This document shows, in pieces, positions 23,856 through 36,613 of a stretch of DNA of 36,810 nt (positions within the stretch are counted from its first letter, which is position 1; each line of letters opens with the position of its first letter). A program made the translations under genes and the position numbers. Source of the stretch: Vicugna vicugna (taxonomy: Eukaryota); NCBI GenBank assembly GCA_013265495.1, contig MU058650.1:957394-994203 (forward strand). Direction: 5' to 3'. The notes under the pieces are model-generated. The model saw only the letters and a list, made by a program, of their open reading frames with translations. It was not told where the DNA came from and ran no database searches.

Positions 23856-25014
23856 TGAAATAAAAGCAAAAATAAGCAAATGGGACCTAATTAAACTTAC
23901 AAGCTTTTGCACAACTAAGGAAACCATAAGCAAAACAAAAAGACAAACTACGGAATGGGAGAAAATATTTGCAAACGATGAGACTGACAAGAGCTTAATT
24001 TCCAGAATATATAGATAGATCATACAACTTAATAACAACAACAACAACAACAACAAAAAACCCAATCCAAAAATGGGCAGAAGACCTAAACAAGCAATTC
24101 TCCAGTGAAGACGTAAAAATGGCTAGTAGGTCCATGAAAAATACTCAGTATTGCTAATTATCAGAGAAATGAAAATCAAAACCACAATGAGGTATCACCT
24201 CATACCAGTCAGAATGGCCATCGTTAGAAAGTCCACAAACCATAAATGTTGGAGAAGGGGTGGAGAAAAGGGAACCCTCCTACACTGTTGGTGGGAATGT
24301 AGCTTTGTGCAGCCACTGTGGAAAACAGTATGGAGATTCCTTGAAAGACTAAAAATAGACTTATCATATGATCCAGCAATCTCACTCCTGGGCGTATATC
24401 CAGAGGGAACCTTAATTCAAAAAGACATCTGCACCCTAATGTTCATAGCAGCACTATATACAATAGCCAAGACATGGAAACAACCTAAATGTCCATCGAC
24501 AGATGACTAGATAAAGAAGAGGTGGTATATTTACACAATGGAATACTACTCAGCCATAAAAAAGAATAATGCCATTTGCAACAAAACAACATGGATGTCC
24601 CTGGTGAATGTCATTCTAAGTGAAATAAGCCAGAAGGAGAAAGAGTATTGTACGATATCACTTATATGTGGAATCTAAAAAAAAAAAAGACAAATGAACT
24701 TACAAAACAGAAACAGACTCACAGACATAGAAAATAAACTTAAGGTTACTGGAGAGGAAGGGAGTATGAAGGGATAAATTGAGAGGTTGAGATTTGCAGA
24801 TACTAACAACTATATATCAAATAAATAAACAGCAATGTCCTACTGTATAGCACAGGGAACTATATTCAATATCTTATAGTAACCTATAGTGAAAAAAATA
24901 TGAAAATGAATAAATGTATTTATATGTATGACTGAAGCATTATGCTGTATGTCAGAAATTGATACAGGTTTGTAAACTGAATATATTTCAATGAAAAAAA
25001 AAAAAGAAAAAAAG
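23856..25014 (+). mobile_element. 5'-truncated young L1 (ORF2 C-terminus, 3' UTR, poly-A)
   Basis: ORF 24151-24510 ([21 protein letters not shown]...[18 protein letters not shown]...[14 protein letters not shown]); poly-A; TSD aattttct(a/t)ttgc(c/t)cc at 23840-23855 and 25015-25030. Confidence 0.93.
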
Positions 25015-25806
25015 AATTTTCTTTTGCTCCCAACTTTAGACTTAACCTCTATGCATTCATCCCCCCCCCACAAAAAAAAGGAGGAAACTGTCATTGTGAT
25101 CATGATGACCACCACTCCAACAAAAAATGTTTTGATTTAGTGAGTGAAATAGGAGTAGGAATATGTTGGATAGTAACTCTTGGGTTGATTTATATGAAAT
25201 TGCTATTGTTGAACCACAAAAGTGAGTAACTGTAAAGAACTTAACAGGAATAAACAAACACGAAATACTACCTTTAGATTTAAAAATGCCATGGAATGAG
25301 TACAAAAGGATAATTTATGTGACGGTAGTTTGTAGGAAAAAAAGACCTTGGTGATGACTTAGCCACCTGTTTAGTAAACTCGTCATGTTATGTGACTGCT
25401 TAAAAAGACCCTATTTTATATTCTATGTTGTAGGAGAGAAAACCAGCTTTCAGATCACAGGGAGTAGTGATCCTCTGTATGTCGCGCTTGCCAGACTGTT
25501 TTCTGTTCCAGTGATGTTTTAAGGGGACTGTTAATCAAACCGTACATTTAGAAAAGACTGAGCAAGTTAGTAAAACATCTGAAAACCATGTCCCATGAGA
25601 AGGAATCGAAGGAAGAGAGGTTTTTGGTTTTTCTGGTTTTTTTAACTCTGGAGATGGGACTAGAAGGAAGAATTCCTGTCTTAAAGTCAATAGACATGGC
25701 AGGGAAAAGGGGAAATACATTTGCTCTGAGAACAGCATTTGAACCACTTGGTAACAAACAAAATCAGCTTCCCTTATTATTATCTTTCAGCATAAGAAGC
25801 ATTCAA

Positions 25807-25967
25807 GGAGAAGGCATGGCTCAGTGGTAGAGCACATGCTTAGCATGCATGAGGTTCTGGGTTCAATCCCCAGTCCCTCCATTAAAAAATACGTAAAACA
25901 AAAATAAGTAAACCTAATTACCTCCCCTGCAAACAAACAAACAAACAAAAAAAGAAAAGTAAAGAAA
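25807..25967 (+). mobile_element. Vic-1-like tRNA-derived SINE
   Basis: GGAGAAGGCATGGCTCAGTGGTAGAGCACATGCTTAGCATGCATGAGGTTCTGGGTTCAATCCCCAG; (CAAA)n tail; TSD aagcattca (25797-25805, 25968-25976). Confidence 0.9.
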
Positions 25968-26145
25968 AAGCATTCAGACAACTAGAGCAGTCCAAATGGA
26001 AAAGGAAATTTTGTAAAGTGGTGAGTTCTCATTGCCTTGGCTGTCAGGGGCGCTCCCAAGCCGAGGTGTGTTTGTTGTTTTTACTTGTTTTGAAGTTTTT
26101 CTGACCCCTAAACCCCTAAGCGTTATTTCACTATTTCTCTTTTAC

Positions 26146-26224
26146 TGTCTCTCTCTCTCTGTCTGTCTGTCTCTGTGTCTCTGTCTCTGTCCCTGTCTCT
26201 CCTGCACACACACATACACACACT
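26146..26224. repeat. (CT)/(CTGT)/(CA) compound microsatellite
   Basis: tgtctctctctctctgtctgtctgtctctgtgtctct...cacacacacatacacacac. Confidence 0.8.
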
Positions 26225-26335
26225 TCTCAGGTGTTTGTGATATACCCCTCTAAGGGAGGTCAGTGATCCCTAAGAACCCATGATCACCTGTGTTTTCCAC
26301 ATCTACTTTCAAGTCACCTGCATAAAGAGCTCCCT

Positions 26336-27245
26336 TGTTTTGTTTGTTTGTTTGTTTAAATTTTTAATTGAGGTATAATCAGTTTACAATGTTGTGTCAA
26401 TTTCTGGTGTACAGCACAGTGCTTCAGTCATACATGAATATACACATATTCATTTTCATATTCTTTTTCACCATAAGCTACTACAAGATATTGAATATAT
26501 TTCTCTGTGCTATACAGTATAAACTTGTTTGTTTATTTTATATGTATTGGTCAGTATCTGCAAATCTCGAACTCCCAGTTTATCCCTTCCCACGCCCTTC
26601 CCCCGGCTGCCACAAGTCTGTATTCTATGTCTGTGAGTCCATTTCTGTTTTATATGTCAGTTCGTTTGTCTTTTTTTTTTTAAGATTCCACATATGAGTG
26701 ACATATGACATTTTTCTTTCTCTTTCTGGCTTACTTCACTTAGAATGACATTCTCCATGATCATCCATGTTGCTGCAAATGGCATTATGTTATCATTTTT
26801 ATGACCAAGTAGTATTCCATTGTGTAAATATACCACCCACATCTTTATCCAGTCATCTGTTGATGGACATTTAGGTTGTTTCCATGTCTTGGCTATTGTA
26901 AATAGTGCTACTGTGAACATTGGGGTGCAGGTGTCTTTTTGAATTAAGGTTCCCTCTGGATATATGCCCAGGAGTGGGATTGCTGGATCATATGGTAAGT
27001 CTATTTTGAGTCTTTTGAGGAATCTCCAGACTGTTTTCCACAGTGGCTACACCAAACTACATTCCCACCAACAGTGTAGGAGGGTTCCCTTTTCTCCACA
27101 CCGTCTTCAGCATTTATCGTTTGTGGACTAATGATGGCCATTCTGACTGGTATGAGGTGATACCTCATTGTGGTTTTGATTTGCATTTCTCTGATAATTA
27201 GTGATATTGAACAATTTTCATGTACCTATTGGTCATTCACAGGTT
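26336..27245 (-). mobile_element. 5'-truncated young L1 (ORF2 C-terminus plus 3' UTR)
   Basis: Minus ORFs [19 protein letters not shown]... and [28 protein letters not shown]...; (TTTG)n tail at left. Confidence 0.92.
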
Positions 27246-27505
27246 TTCATTGTTTTTAATCCATATTGTTTCCATTTGGATTAAGGAAAGGCTGGAATGA
27301 GAAGTAAATTTTAGCCAAGTTCCACAACTGTCCATGTGGAGTTTTAGTAAGAAATTGTGCTCCTATTAGGTAGATCTATTTGAGCAATTTCCTGAATATT
27401 ATATAAATATGAAAAACCCCATTGTATTTGCATCAAGTGAACAAATGCCGAAGAATGTGTTTTGTTCTTCCTCATGTGTGTTTCTTCTATTTTTTAACAC
27501 CTTAG

Positions 27506-27635
27506 GTTGGGAATCTCTCTTCAGGCTTGCCTTCTGCAGATCGTCGGGTACAGAAATCTTATTGCAGACGTGGAAAAACTGCGCAGAGAACCGTATGATT
27601 CTGATAATCCCCAACATGAAGAAATGCTTCTGAAG
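27506..27635 (+). CDS. ELMOD1: ELMOD1 coding exon, 130 nt (LGISLQACLLQIVGYRNLIADVEKLRREPYDSDNPQHEEMLLK), reaching the start of the ELMO domain
   Basis: ttttttaacaccttag|GTTGGGAATC...CTTCTGAAG|gttagt; CDS continues beyond the window. Confidence 0.97.
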
Positions 27636-28603
27636 GTTAGTCCTTGAGCACACTTCCGTTCTTTGCCGAGGTCAGCTAGTGTTTGCCAAGGTACTGCTCT
27701 GGACGTGGGGGACGGGGACACAAAGATGAGTAAGATACGGGCACTGAACTCACTGGTAAAGCCTGCTTTTCTTGCTGATTCTGACATTGGACGTATGTTT
27801 TTCATTAGAAAATTCATGTGAGACATTAACTATGAAGCCGGTTTTCTTTTGTAATCTGAGAAAGAATCAGAAGTGATTTCCATGGGCTCTCATATTTGGC
27901 TCAAGTTTAGATTGTTTAACTGTGTTGAAAGCCAATAGGAAAAACAGCATTTGTCAAAGACTGACCTGGGATTTCCATTTACGACTTTTAATAGACATCA
28001 AAGAAGATGAAGTTGGTTTCTGCTTCAGCAATAGCCCCCGTGGGAAATTACCCAAGATCTTAATGCTGATTATTTATTCATGTAACTTGGAGAGTTTTAG
28101 AAGAGGTGAAGGTTTATATATGGTGTATTAAAGCTGTGAGAAGAATAATAGGCAGTTATAAATATTCCATTGTGGCTATCAAAGCAAATCCTTAAAATTC
28201 TTATATGATCTGAGAGTGTATTATGACACATGAATAAAACTATCTTAAAATACTGAATTTTAAGTTAAAAAATTCAGACAAAAAAAGATAAACCTTTAGG
28301 ACTATTCATACGAAATGTTTTATAAATTTGTTTCTGAAAATGTATGCTTTTTAGGATGGAGTGCTCCATTGTCCTTTCTAGAATTCAAAAAGGCAGTAAC
28401 AAAATTGGGGAAAAAAATGTTTATCTACCTTAACCTTGTTTGAAAAATGTCGATAGAAGCTGTAAGTTTTTAAACGTATCCTGTTGTGTTTTTTGTGAAG
28501 GAGCAGGTATTTTTGTGTGTGTAGGTACTTAAGCAGATGACTCATTTGTCTCTACTAAATAGTACTAAATTCAGTATGAATCATTAAAATTAAAGAAGTC
28601 TCG

Positions 28604-29293
28604 TTTTTTTATTGAAGTACAGTCAGTTACAATGTGTCAGTTTCTGGTATACAGTATAATGTCCCAGTCATGCATATGCATACATACATTCATGTTCATT
28701 AGAGGTTATTGAAAGATACTGAATATAGTTCCCTGTGCTATATATATTTATCTATTTTTACAATTGCTAAGAATTATGTCAGAGAATGTTTTGCCTATGT
28801 TTTCTTTTAGGAGGTTTATAGTGTCCTGTCTGGTATTTAAGTCTTTAAGCCATTTTGAGTATATTTTTGTGTTTGGTGTGAGGGAGGGTTCTAACTTCAT
28901 TGATTTACATGCTGCTGTCCAGTTTTCCCAACATCACTTGTTGAAAAGACTATCTTTTCTCCTTTGTATATTCTTGCCTCCTTTGTCAAAGGTTAATTGA
29001 CCGTAGTTCTGTGGGTTTATTTCTGGGCTCTCTGTTCTGTTTCATTGGTCCATATGTCTGTTTTTATGCCAGTACCCTGCTGTTTTGATGACTGTAGTTC
29101 TGTAGTACTGTCTGAAGTCTGGGAGGGTTATTCCTCCAGCTTCTTTCTTGTTCTTCAGCGTTGCTTTGGCAATTCTGGGTCTTTGTGATACCATATAAAT
29201 TTTAGGATTATCTGTTCTAGTTCTGTGAACTATGTCATGGCTAATTTGGTGGGGATCACATTAAATCTATAGATTGCCTTGGGCAGTGTGGCC
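28604..29293 (-). mobile_element. L1 3' end joined to a late ORF2 segment (about 1 kb missing at ~28762)
   Basis: T-tract plus 3' UTR (28604-28762), then gtcagagaatgttttgcctatg...gattgccttgggcagtgtggcc. Confidence 0.85.
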
Positions 29294-32200
29294 TGCCTCT
29301 CTAAGAATTTGTTTATTTCTTCTAGGTTGTCCATTTTATTTGCATATACCTGCTCATAGTAGCCTCCTTTGGTTCTTTGTATTTCTGTGGTGTCAGTTGT
29401 AACTTCTCCCTTTTCATTTCTGATTTTATTAATTGGGGCCCTCTCTCCCTTTTTGATGAGTCAACTAAAGGTTTATCAATTTCATGTATTTTTTTAAAGA
29501 CCCAGGTTTTAGTTTCATTGATCTTTTCTAATTTTTTTACTCTCAATTTTGTTTATTTCTGCTCTTATCTTTATGATTTCTTTCCTTCTACTAACTTTGG
29601 GTTTTGTTTGTTCTTCTTTCTCTAGTTGCTTTAGGTGTAAGGTTAGGTTTTTTGTTTTTTTTTTTTTCATTTCTTAAGGTAAGTTTGTATTGCTGTAGGC
29701 TTCCCTCTTAGAACTGCTTCTGCTGCATCCCGTAGGTTTTGGGTCATTGTGTTTTCATTTTCATTTGTCTCTAGGCATTGTGTTTATTTCCTCTTTGATG
29801 TCCTCAGTGATCCATTAGTTGTTTAGTAGCATATTGTTTAGCTTCCACATGTTTGTGTTTTTTGCAGTTTTTTTCTTGTGGTTTGTTTCTAATCTCATAG
29901 TGTTGTGGTTGGAAAAGTTGCTTGATACAATTTCAGTTTTCTTAAATTTACTGAGGCTTGCTTTGTGGACCAGCCTGTGGTCAATTCTGGAGAATGTTTC
30001 GTGTGCACTTGAGAAGAACGTGTATTCTGCCTTCAGATGGAATGCTCTATAAATATCCATTAAATCCATCTGGTCTGAAGTGCTGTTTCAGGCCTGTGTT
30101 TCATTATTGGTTTTCTGTCGGCATGATCTGTCCACTGATGTAAGTGGAGTGATACGTCTCCCACAGTTACTGTGTTATTGTTGATTTCTCCTTTTATGTC
30201 TGTTAATATTTGCCTTATATATTGAAGTGCTTCTATGTTGGGTGCATATATGTTTACAGTTGCTGTATCTTCTTCTTGGACTGATCCCTTGATCAATATG
30301 TACTGTTGTTATTTATTTCTTACGACAGTCTTTACTGTAAAGTCTACTTTTTCTAATATAGGTATTGCTACTCCAGCTTTCTTTTGATTTCCATTTGATT
30401 GGAATACCCTTGCCCATCCCCTCACCTACAGCCTGTATGTGTCTCTAGATCTGAAATGAGTCTCTTGTAGGCAGCAAATACATGGTTCTTGTCTGTATCC
30501 ATTCAGCCAGTCTGTATGTTTTGGTTGGAGGGTTTAGTCCATTTACATTTAAGGCACTTACTGCTGTGTATGTTCTTACTGCCATTTTGCTAATTGTCTT
30601 GAATTCGTTTTTGTAAATCTTTTCCTTTTCTTCTTTTGTTCTCTTCTCTTGTGATTTGGCGACTCTCCTTAATGTTATGCTTGGATTCCATTTTGTGTGT
30701 GTGTATGTATGTCTATCACAGAGTTTTGGTTTGCAGTTACCATGAGGTTTTGGTATAGCAGTCTGGATATACACATATATATGTGCTTGCTTTCAGTTGC
30801 TGACCTATTCATTTCAAATGCAATTTAAATACCCTGCATTTATACTCTCCTCCCCTCATGATTACTGTTTTTGATACCGTATTTTACATTTGTTTTGTGT
30901 ATCCCTTAACTGCCTGTTGTGGATACAGATGATTTTACTACTTTTCTGTCTCTTCACCTTCCTCCCAGCTTGTGCATGGATGGTTTCCTACCTTTACTGT
31001 AGGTTTGCCTTTACCAGTGAGTTTTTCCGTTCTGTAGTTTTCCTGTTTCTAAAGTTTTGGCTTTTTCTTCTCCACCTAGAAAAGTTCCTTTTGCATTTGT
31101 TGTAAAGCTGGTTTGGTAGTGCTGAATTCTTTTAGCTTTTGCTTGTCTGTAAAGCTTTTGATTTATCCGTCAAATTTGAATGAGAGCCTTGCTGGGCAGA
31201 ATATTCTTGGTTACAGGTTTTCCCCTTTTATCACTTTAAATATATCACACCACTCCCTTCTGGCCTGCGACCTTCTTCTGAAAAACCAGCTGATGGTCTT
31301 ATGGAAGTTCCTTGTATGTTATTTGTTGCCTTTCCCTTGTTACTGTTAATAGCCTCTCTTTATCTTTAATTTTTGTTATTTTAATTATATTATGTCTAGG
31401 TGTGTTCCTCTTAGGGTCAATCCTATATGGGACTCTGTGCTTCCTGGACTTTGGTGACTTCCCTGTCCCAAGTCAGGCTATTTCAGCTGTGACCTCTTCA
31501 AATATTTTCTCAGGCCCTTCCTCTCTTCTCCTCAGACCCCTATAATGTAAACTTTAGGGTGCTTGATTTGTCCCAGAGGTCCCTTAAACTGTCCTCATTT
31601 CTTTTCATTCTTTTTATTTTTTTCTGTTCTGTGGTAGTGATTTCCACTACTCTGTCTTTTAGCTCATTGATCTGTTCTTCTGCGTCATTTAGTCTGGTTC
31701 CTTCCAGCGTATTTTTCACTTCAGTCATTGTATTCTTCAACTCTGGTTGTTCTTTATATTTTCTAACTCTTTGCTAAAGACTTCTAAATTCTCACTCCGT
31801 GCATCCATTCTCCTCCCAAGTTCTCTGATCATCTTTGCAATTATCACTCTGAACTCTTTCTCAGGTAGATTGCCTATCTCCACATCACTTAATGCTTCTT
31901 ATGGGATTTCTATCTTTTCCTTTGTCTGGAACATATTCCTCTGCTGCCTCATTTGTCTAAATTTCTATTTGTGTTTTTTATATGTGGTAGGTGAGTTGCA
32001 TTTTTCAGTGTTGGAGAAGTGGTCCTCCGTAGGAGACATTCTATGCATCCCAGCAGTGCACGGCACTCTCATCACCCAAGGGCTAAGGGCCTGCTGGTCC
32101 CCAGGTAGAATGTGGCCTGCATTTGTGGACTGGTTCCACAGGCTGCAGGACCATAGTTCTCTTGCCTTTAGTGCCTGCCTCCTGGTAGGTGAGGGTGGTT

Positions 32201-33080
32201 TAGAGGCTTGTGCTGACTTCCTGGTAGGAGGAGCTTGTGCCTGTCCACTAGTGTGTGGAGCTGGATCCTACCCCACTGGTGGGTAGGGCTTTGTCTAGGG
32301 GCATGTCTGGAGGCAGCCGTGGGATCAGGAAGTCTTTTGGCAGCCTGTCTGCTGTGCGTTGTGTCCCCGCCCAGTGAGTTGTTTGGCCTGAGGCACACCA
32401 GCATTGGCGCCTACAGGCTGCTGGGTGGAGCCAGGTCTTGGTGCTAATGACCCAAGCAAGATGTCAGCCTTGAGGGGAGTTCATGCAGGTGAATTCTCCC
32501 TGTCATGTCTGTCACCAGCTTTTATGCCTCCAAGGTGAGCCACAGCCACTGTCACCTCTCCAGAAGTCCCTCCAAGACCAGCAGGTAGGTCTGGACCAGG
32601 CTTCTGTGAAGTTACTGCTTTTGCTCTTGGTCCTGGTGCACATGAGATTTTGTATATCCCCTTTAAGAGTGAAGTCTCTGTTTTCCCCTAGTCCCTTGGA
32701 GCTCCTGCAGGTAAAACCCACTAGCTATCAAAGCCAAATGCTCTAAGGACTCCTCCTCCCGATGATGGACACCCAGGCTGTGGAGCCTGACATGGGGGTC
32801 AGAACCCTCACTCCTCTGGGAGAACTTCTGCAACATAATTATTCTCCAGTTCGTGGGCCACCCACCTGGCGGGCGTGGGATTTGATTATGTTGTGAGTGC
32901 ACGCTCTCCTGCCGTCCTGTTCTGGTTCCTTCTTTATGTCTTTAGCCTAGAAGATCTTTTTGGTAGGTTCCCGTCTTTGCTATTGATGGTTGTTCAGCAG
33001 TTAGTTGTGATTTTGTTGTGTTTGTGGGAGGAGGTGAGCTCGGTGTCCTTCTACTCTGCCATCCTTAATCCAGTAATCTC
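29294..33080 (-). mobile_element. L1 5' 3.8 kb: 5' UTR, decayed ORF1 and ORF2 endonuclease region
   Basis: ORF1 MKNTMTEVKNTLEGTRLNDAEEQINELKDRVVEI...; endonuclease fragments ALNVNGLNPPTK, MIKGSVQEEDTATVNIYAPN, MDLMDIYRAFH..EYTFFSSAHETFSRIDH; L1 5' start (AAGGATGGCAGAGTAGAAGGACACCGAGCTCACCTCC) near 33030-33066. Confidence 0.9.
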
Positions 33081-33360
33081 TGATGTGACTTTAAAAGGGA
33101 TTGTTTTTTACATTTCCTTTTCTGATATTTTATTGTTCATGTAAAGAAATGCAGCAGATTTCTGTTTGTCAATCTTGTATCCTGCTACCTTGTTGAATTC
33201 GTTTATCAGCTATCGTAGTTTTTGCTTGGAGTCTTTAAGGTTTTCTGTGTGTAGTATCATGTCATCTTCACATAGTGATACTTTTACCTCTTCTCCTCCA
33301 ATTTGGATCCCTTTTATTTCTTTTTCTTGTCTAATTGCTATGGCCAGCACTTCCAGTACT
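33081..33360 (-). mobile_element. L1 ORF2 reverse-transcriptase fragment
   Basis: Reverse complement reads [37 protein letters not shown]..., the FADD-motif region. Confidence 0.88.
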
Positions 33361-33523
33361 AGAAAGGGCTCTTAACTATTGCGCTATGCAATCTCTCAAG
33401 GGAGAAACATTGCCTTATTCACATTTGTAGTTTCAGAGGCTGGCCCGTGGTTTATGTTTAACTTCTTGAACTTTCAAATGGGTGTTCATACTTTTGTTAT
33501 CTATTTCATAACGTTGTTTAGAG

Positions 33524-33742
33524 CTGGGGTAAACAAACTAAGGCCTGTGGGTAAAATCTGGCTTGCCACCCATTTTTTTGTAAGTAAGTTTTAGGAACAT
33601 ATCCACACATCCATTTGTGTGTTGTCTATGGCTGTTTTTGTACTACAATGGCAAAATTAAACAGTTGGGCAGTGACTGTATGGCACCCAAGCTTAAAATA
33701 TTTACTCTCTGGCCATTTATAGATGGAGTTTGCTGACCCCTG
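33524..33742 (+). mobile_element. MER58A-like hAT-Charlie MITE
   Basis: TIRs ctggggtaaacaaact ... agtttgctgacccctg; perfect 8-bp TSD gtttagag (33516-33523, 33743-33750). Confidence 0.9.
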
Positions 33743-34710
33743 GTTTAGAGACTTGAGTAATATATCGCTGTATTGTTTTATTGCTTTGATTTATAAATAT
33801 AGGAGACCATTATCTGTGTTTCTACTTAGAGTCTTAAACTGTGAAAAAGAAATCTGGATTTTATGATCACTTAAATGCAGGCTGGGATAAAACTGATTAA
33901 CGTCACTTTCTATTCACGTAGCAGTGTCCATATGTTATTCAAATGGAGTTTCTATTACATGCTTCTTAACCAAATTAATAGTAAAGGCAAAATTTTAGGT
34001 GAATTCAGGTACTTAATAGAAAAAATATATATAACCCTGAGTTAAAAGATCTTCTCCTGGTGGGTAGAGCTGCTTCTCCTTGAATGAATAGATAGACAAA
34101 TGCCCCTGCTCTTTCTGTTTGCAGCAGACCTGAGACAGGGCAGAAGTGTTCAAATAAGCTTGCAGTAAAGACTGAGAGCAAGGATGAGAGATCAAACAGA
34201 GAGCATAGGCCATGAGTGATGATGGGCTGACGCAGCGTGCAGGTTCCACATCTGTAGCTTGTCATCTCCCACGGGAACCACCCTTCCTAGCTCTGGTCTC
34301 CTGCACTTGGCAGGTGGCTTTGTAATAACTCTGCTCCCAGAAGCGCAGCCTTAGGTGGGGAGACTCCTCAGAGCCCCCTGCCAAGGCGCACTACCTTAGC
34401 TCAGATGTTCAGTCAGCTTCCTAGATGCAAGAAACAGCTTCACCTTTTAGGGCCACCCCGCCTCCTCCCATTACTTTTTCAGGGAAGACCCTGTCTATCA
34501 GAAGGGAATCCAGTAACTCAGGCATTCTTACAGGAAATGTATACTTGGTAGCACTTCACATAAGTGTTTTAGCACAGCTGACTTTCATTTTCCAAGCAAA
34601 TGACCCTTATTAAAGCAGACACAGCTAAGAACTTAACTAAGAACACTTTTTAGCTATTAATCTAGTCTTTTGTGATACATGAAATTACATGAAAATGGAA
34701 CTTTTTTCTT

Positions 34711-34715
34711 AATAT

Positions 34716-34752
<37 letters not shown>

Positions 34753-34895
34753 TTGAAGTATAGTCGGTTTACAATGTTGTGTCAGTTTCTGGTGTACAGC
34801 ACAATGCTTCAGTCATACATGAACATACGTATATTCATTTTCATATTCTTTTTCACTGTAAGCTACTACAAGATATTGAATATAGTTCCCTGTGT
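34711..34895 (-). mobile_element. Short L1 3'-end insertion with (TTTA)n tail
   Basis: (ttta)n then ttattgaagtatagtcggtttacaatgttgtgtcag...atagttccctgtg, matching the other young L1 3' UTRs. Confidence 0.85.
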
Positions 34896-36229
34896 AGAAT
34901 TTTTTTCCTCCTTTTTCAGCTTTATTAGGTAGAATTATTACAATTCAGCTGCACATGCACATTGTATTGCATGTAAATACATATATACGGTATACTGTGA
35001 AATTTCTTTTTGAAGCATTTTATTATTCAAATCTTTTGCTCCCCTGAACTAAATATTCCCCTGATGAAGGTTGATAACCGAGCTGTAGAAATGGTTCTTG
35101 TTGCCATTTTGCTCCAAATGAAACCAAATATTTTTAAACCTGAGATTACTTCAAATTATTGTTCAAATGAATGTGATGAGCTTTACTATTTGTTTTGTTT
35201 CCATTGTGGCAGTAACCAAATAAGTTCCTAAAGGATTTTTTAAAAGAGACCATTTCTTTAAGTTTTTAGTACTCTTCTGGTGAATTCAAACATTCTCGGT
35301 TTTGATGAATACAGAGAACTGGCAAATTCTTATATGAATAATATAAAAAGATACTTACATGCATGTTTGATATTTTGCTTTCAAGCATTTTAGATTTACT
35401 TTCCTTCCCCTGAAATTTTTCTCCTGCCCTTTAGATTGAATTTAACTATTATGTTGCTAACATAAAATATCATATCATTTGAATAATAAGTAATTTTGGA
35501 GTAATGCCTAAAATAACTTTGATGAATTACAACTCTTTTTTGTCTTTTTATCACAACTCTTTTTTTGATAGTATTTCCTGTCATTGGACATTGCTTTATA
35601 ATGTGTCAATTCGCTATAAAGCAAAATGTTTGTGTATTACTGTTCTGTTTAAGCTTTTAAATCCATGTAACATAGAATTAGCAATTTTAAATTGTTGAAT
35701 TATGTCTGAAATAGTGATAGGAAATTTTACATTTGTATTTGTCCCTGTCTATAATGAAGATATAACGTAAAATATTATAAATAGTCTGAAAAGTAAATTT
35801 GTTTACCTGCCCATCTTTATTTACTAGAAAGAACTAACAGTTTGAACATCACATATTTATACATTTGTGGGTCTCAGTCTCTTTCACTCTCTCAAGTAAT
35901 TACATGTGCCGAAAATGTCTTTCTATATAATATTTAAAAAGTAGAACCAGTTTCTCACCCAGTGAAGAGAATCATGCTTAGAATTTATATTTGTCCATTA
36001 AAATACAATTGATCCTAATGTAAATTATTTTAGGTAACTCTTAAAGGGGATTGTATCTTTTGAGGTTTATTCATGAACAGTTCTGATCTTTATTCAGCTG
36101 TACGTTGCTTGTTCTCACCCCTGTAATAGGTGAGAAATGAAACTCATGTCAGTCCACTTTTCTTTCTATTAACAATTCTGCTAAAAGTTCTCTATAAAGT
36201 TAGATAATCATTTTCTGAGGTTTGAATAA

Positions 36230-36315
36230 TGCATGGCCTCAAAACTGTCCCTGTTCTCCCTTCCCTTTATTCTCTTGAGTATTTTTGAGGACTTCAAAAA
36301 ACTTTTGTGGAAGAC

Positions 36316-36350
<35 letters not shown>

Positions 36351-36602
36351 TTCTGATTAGAAACTAAAACAGAAAGGTTAAAAGCACTGCAGTATATATG
36401 CATTGCATTGCCCTCAGAGCAATGACACGATCACACGTCATTCAGCCTCTGGAAAGTTCCACTGTATTCTTATAAGAAGATGGGAGTGAAAGGACAAATA
36501 ACCTCTTAGTTTTATTATGAAATAGTGTTCATTTCCCAGGCTCTCTGAAAAGGTTTTAGGACCTCTCCGAGGAGTCTTCCAATCATACTTTGGAAACTGC
36601 TG
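36230..36602. mobile_element. hAT-Charlie-type DNA transposon remnant (MER119-like) containing a (TG)n(TA)n tract
   Basis: Ends ...catactttggaaactgctg; internal tttgaggacttcaaaaaactttt and gagtgaaaggacaaataacctcttag. Family from recall. Confidence 0.55.
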
Positions 36603-36613
36603 TCCTAGGTAAT

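Noticed and set aside
27409..27633. 74-aa + strand ORF overlapping exon 6, and antisense ORFs over exons 3 and 6
   Set aside because: The + ORF is in a different frame from the ELMOD1 exon, and the antisense ORFs are shadow frames with no independent coding signal.
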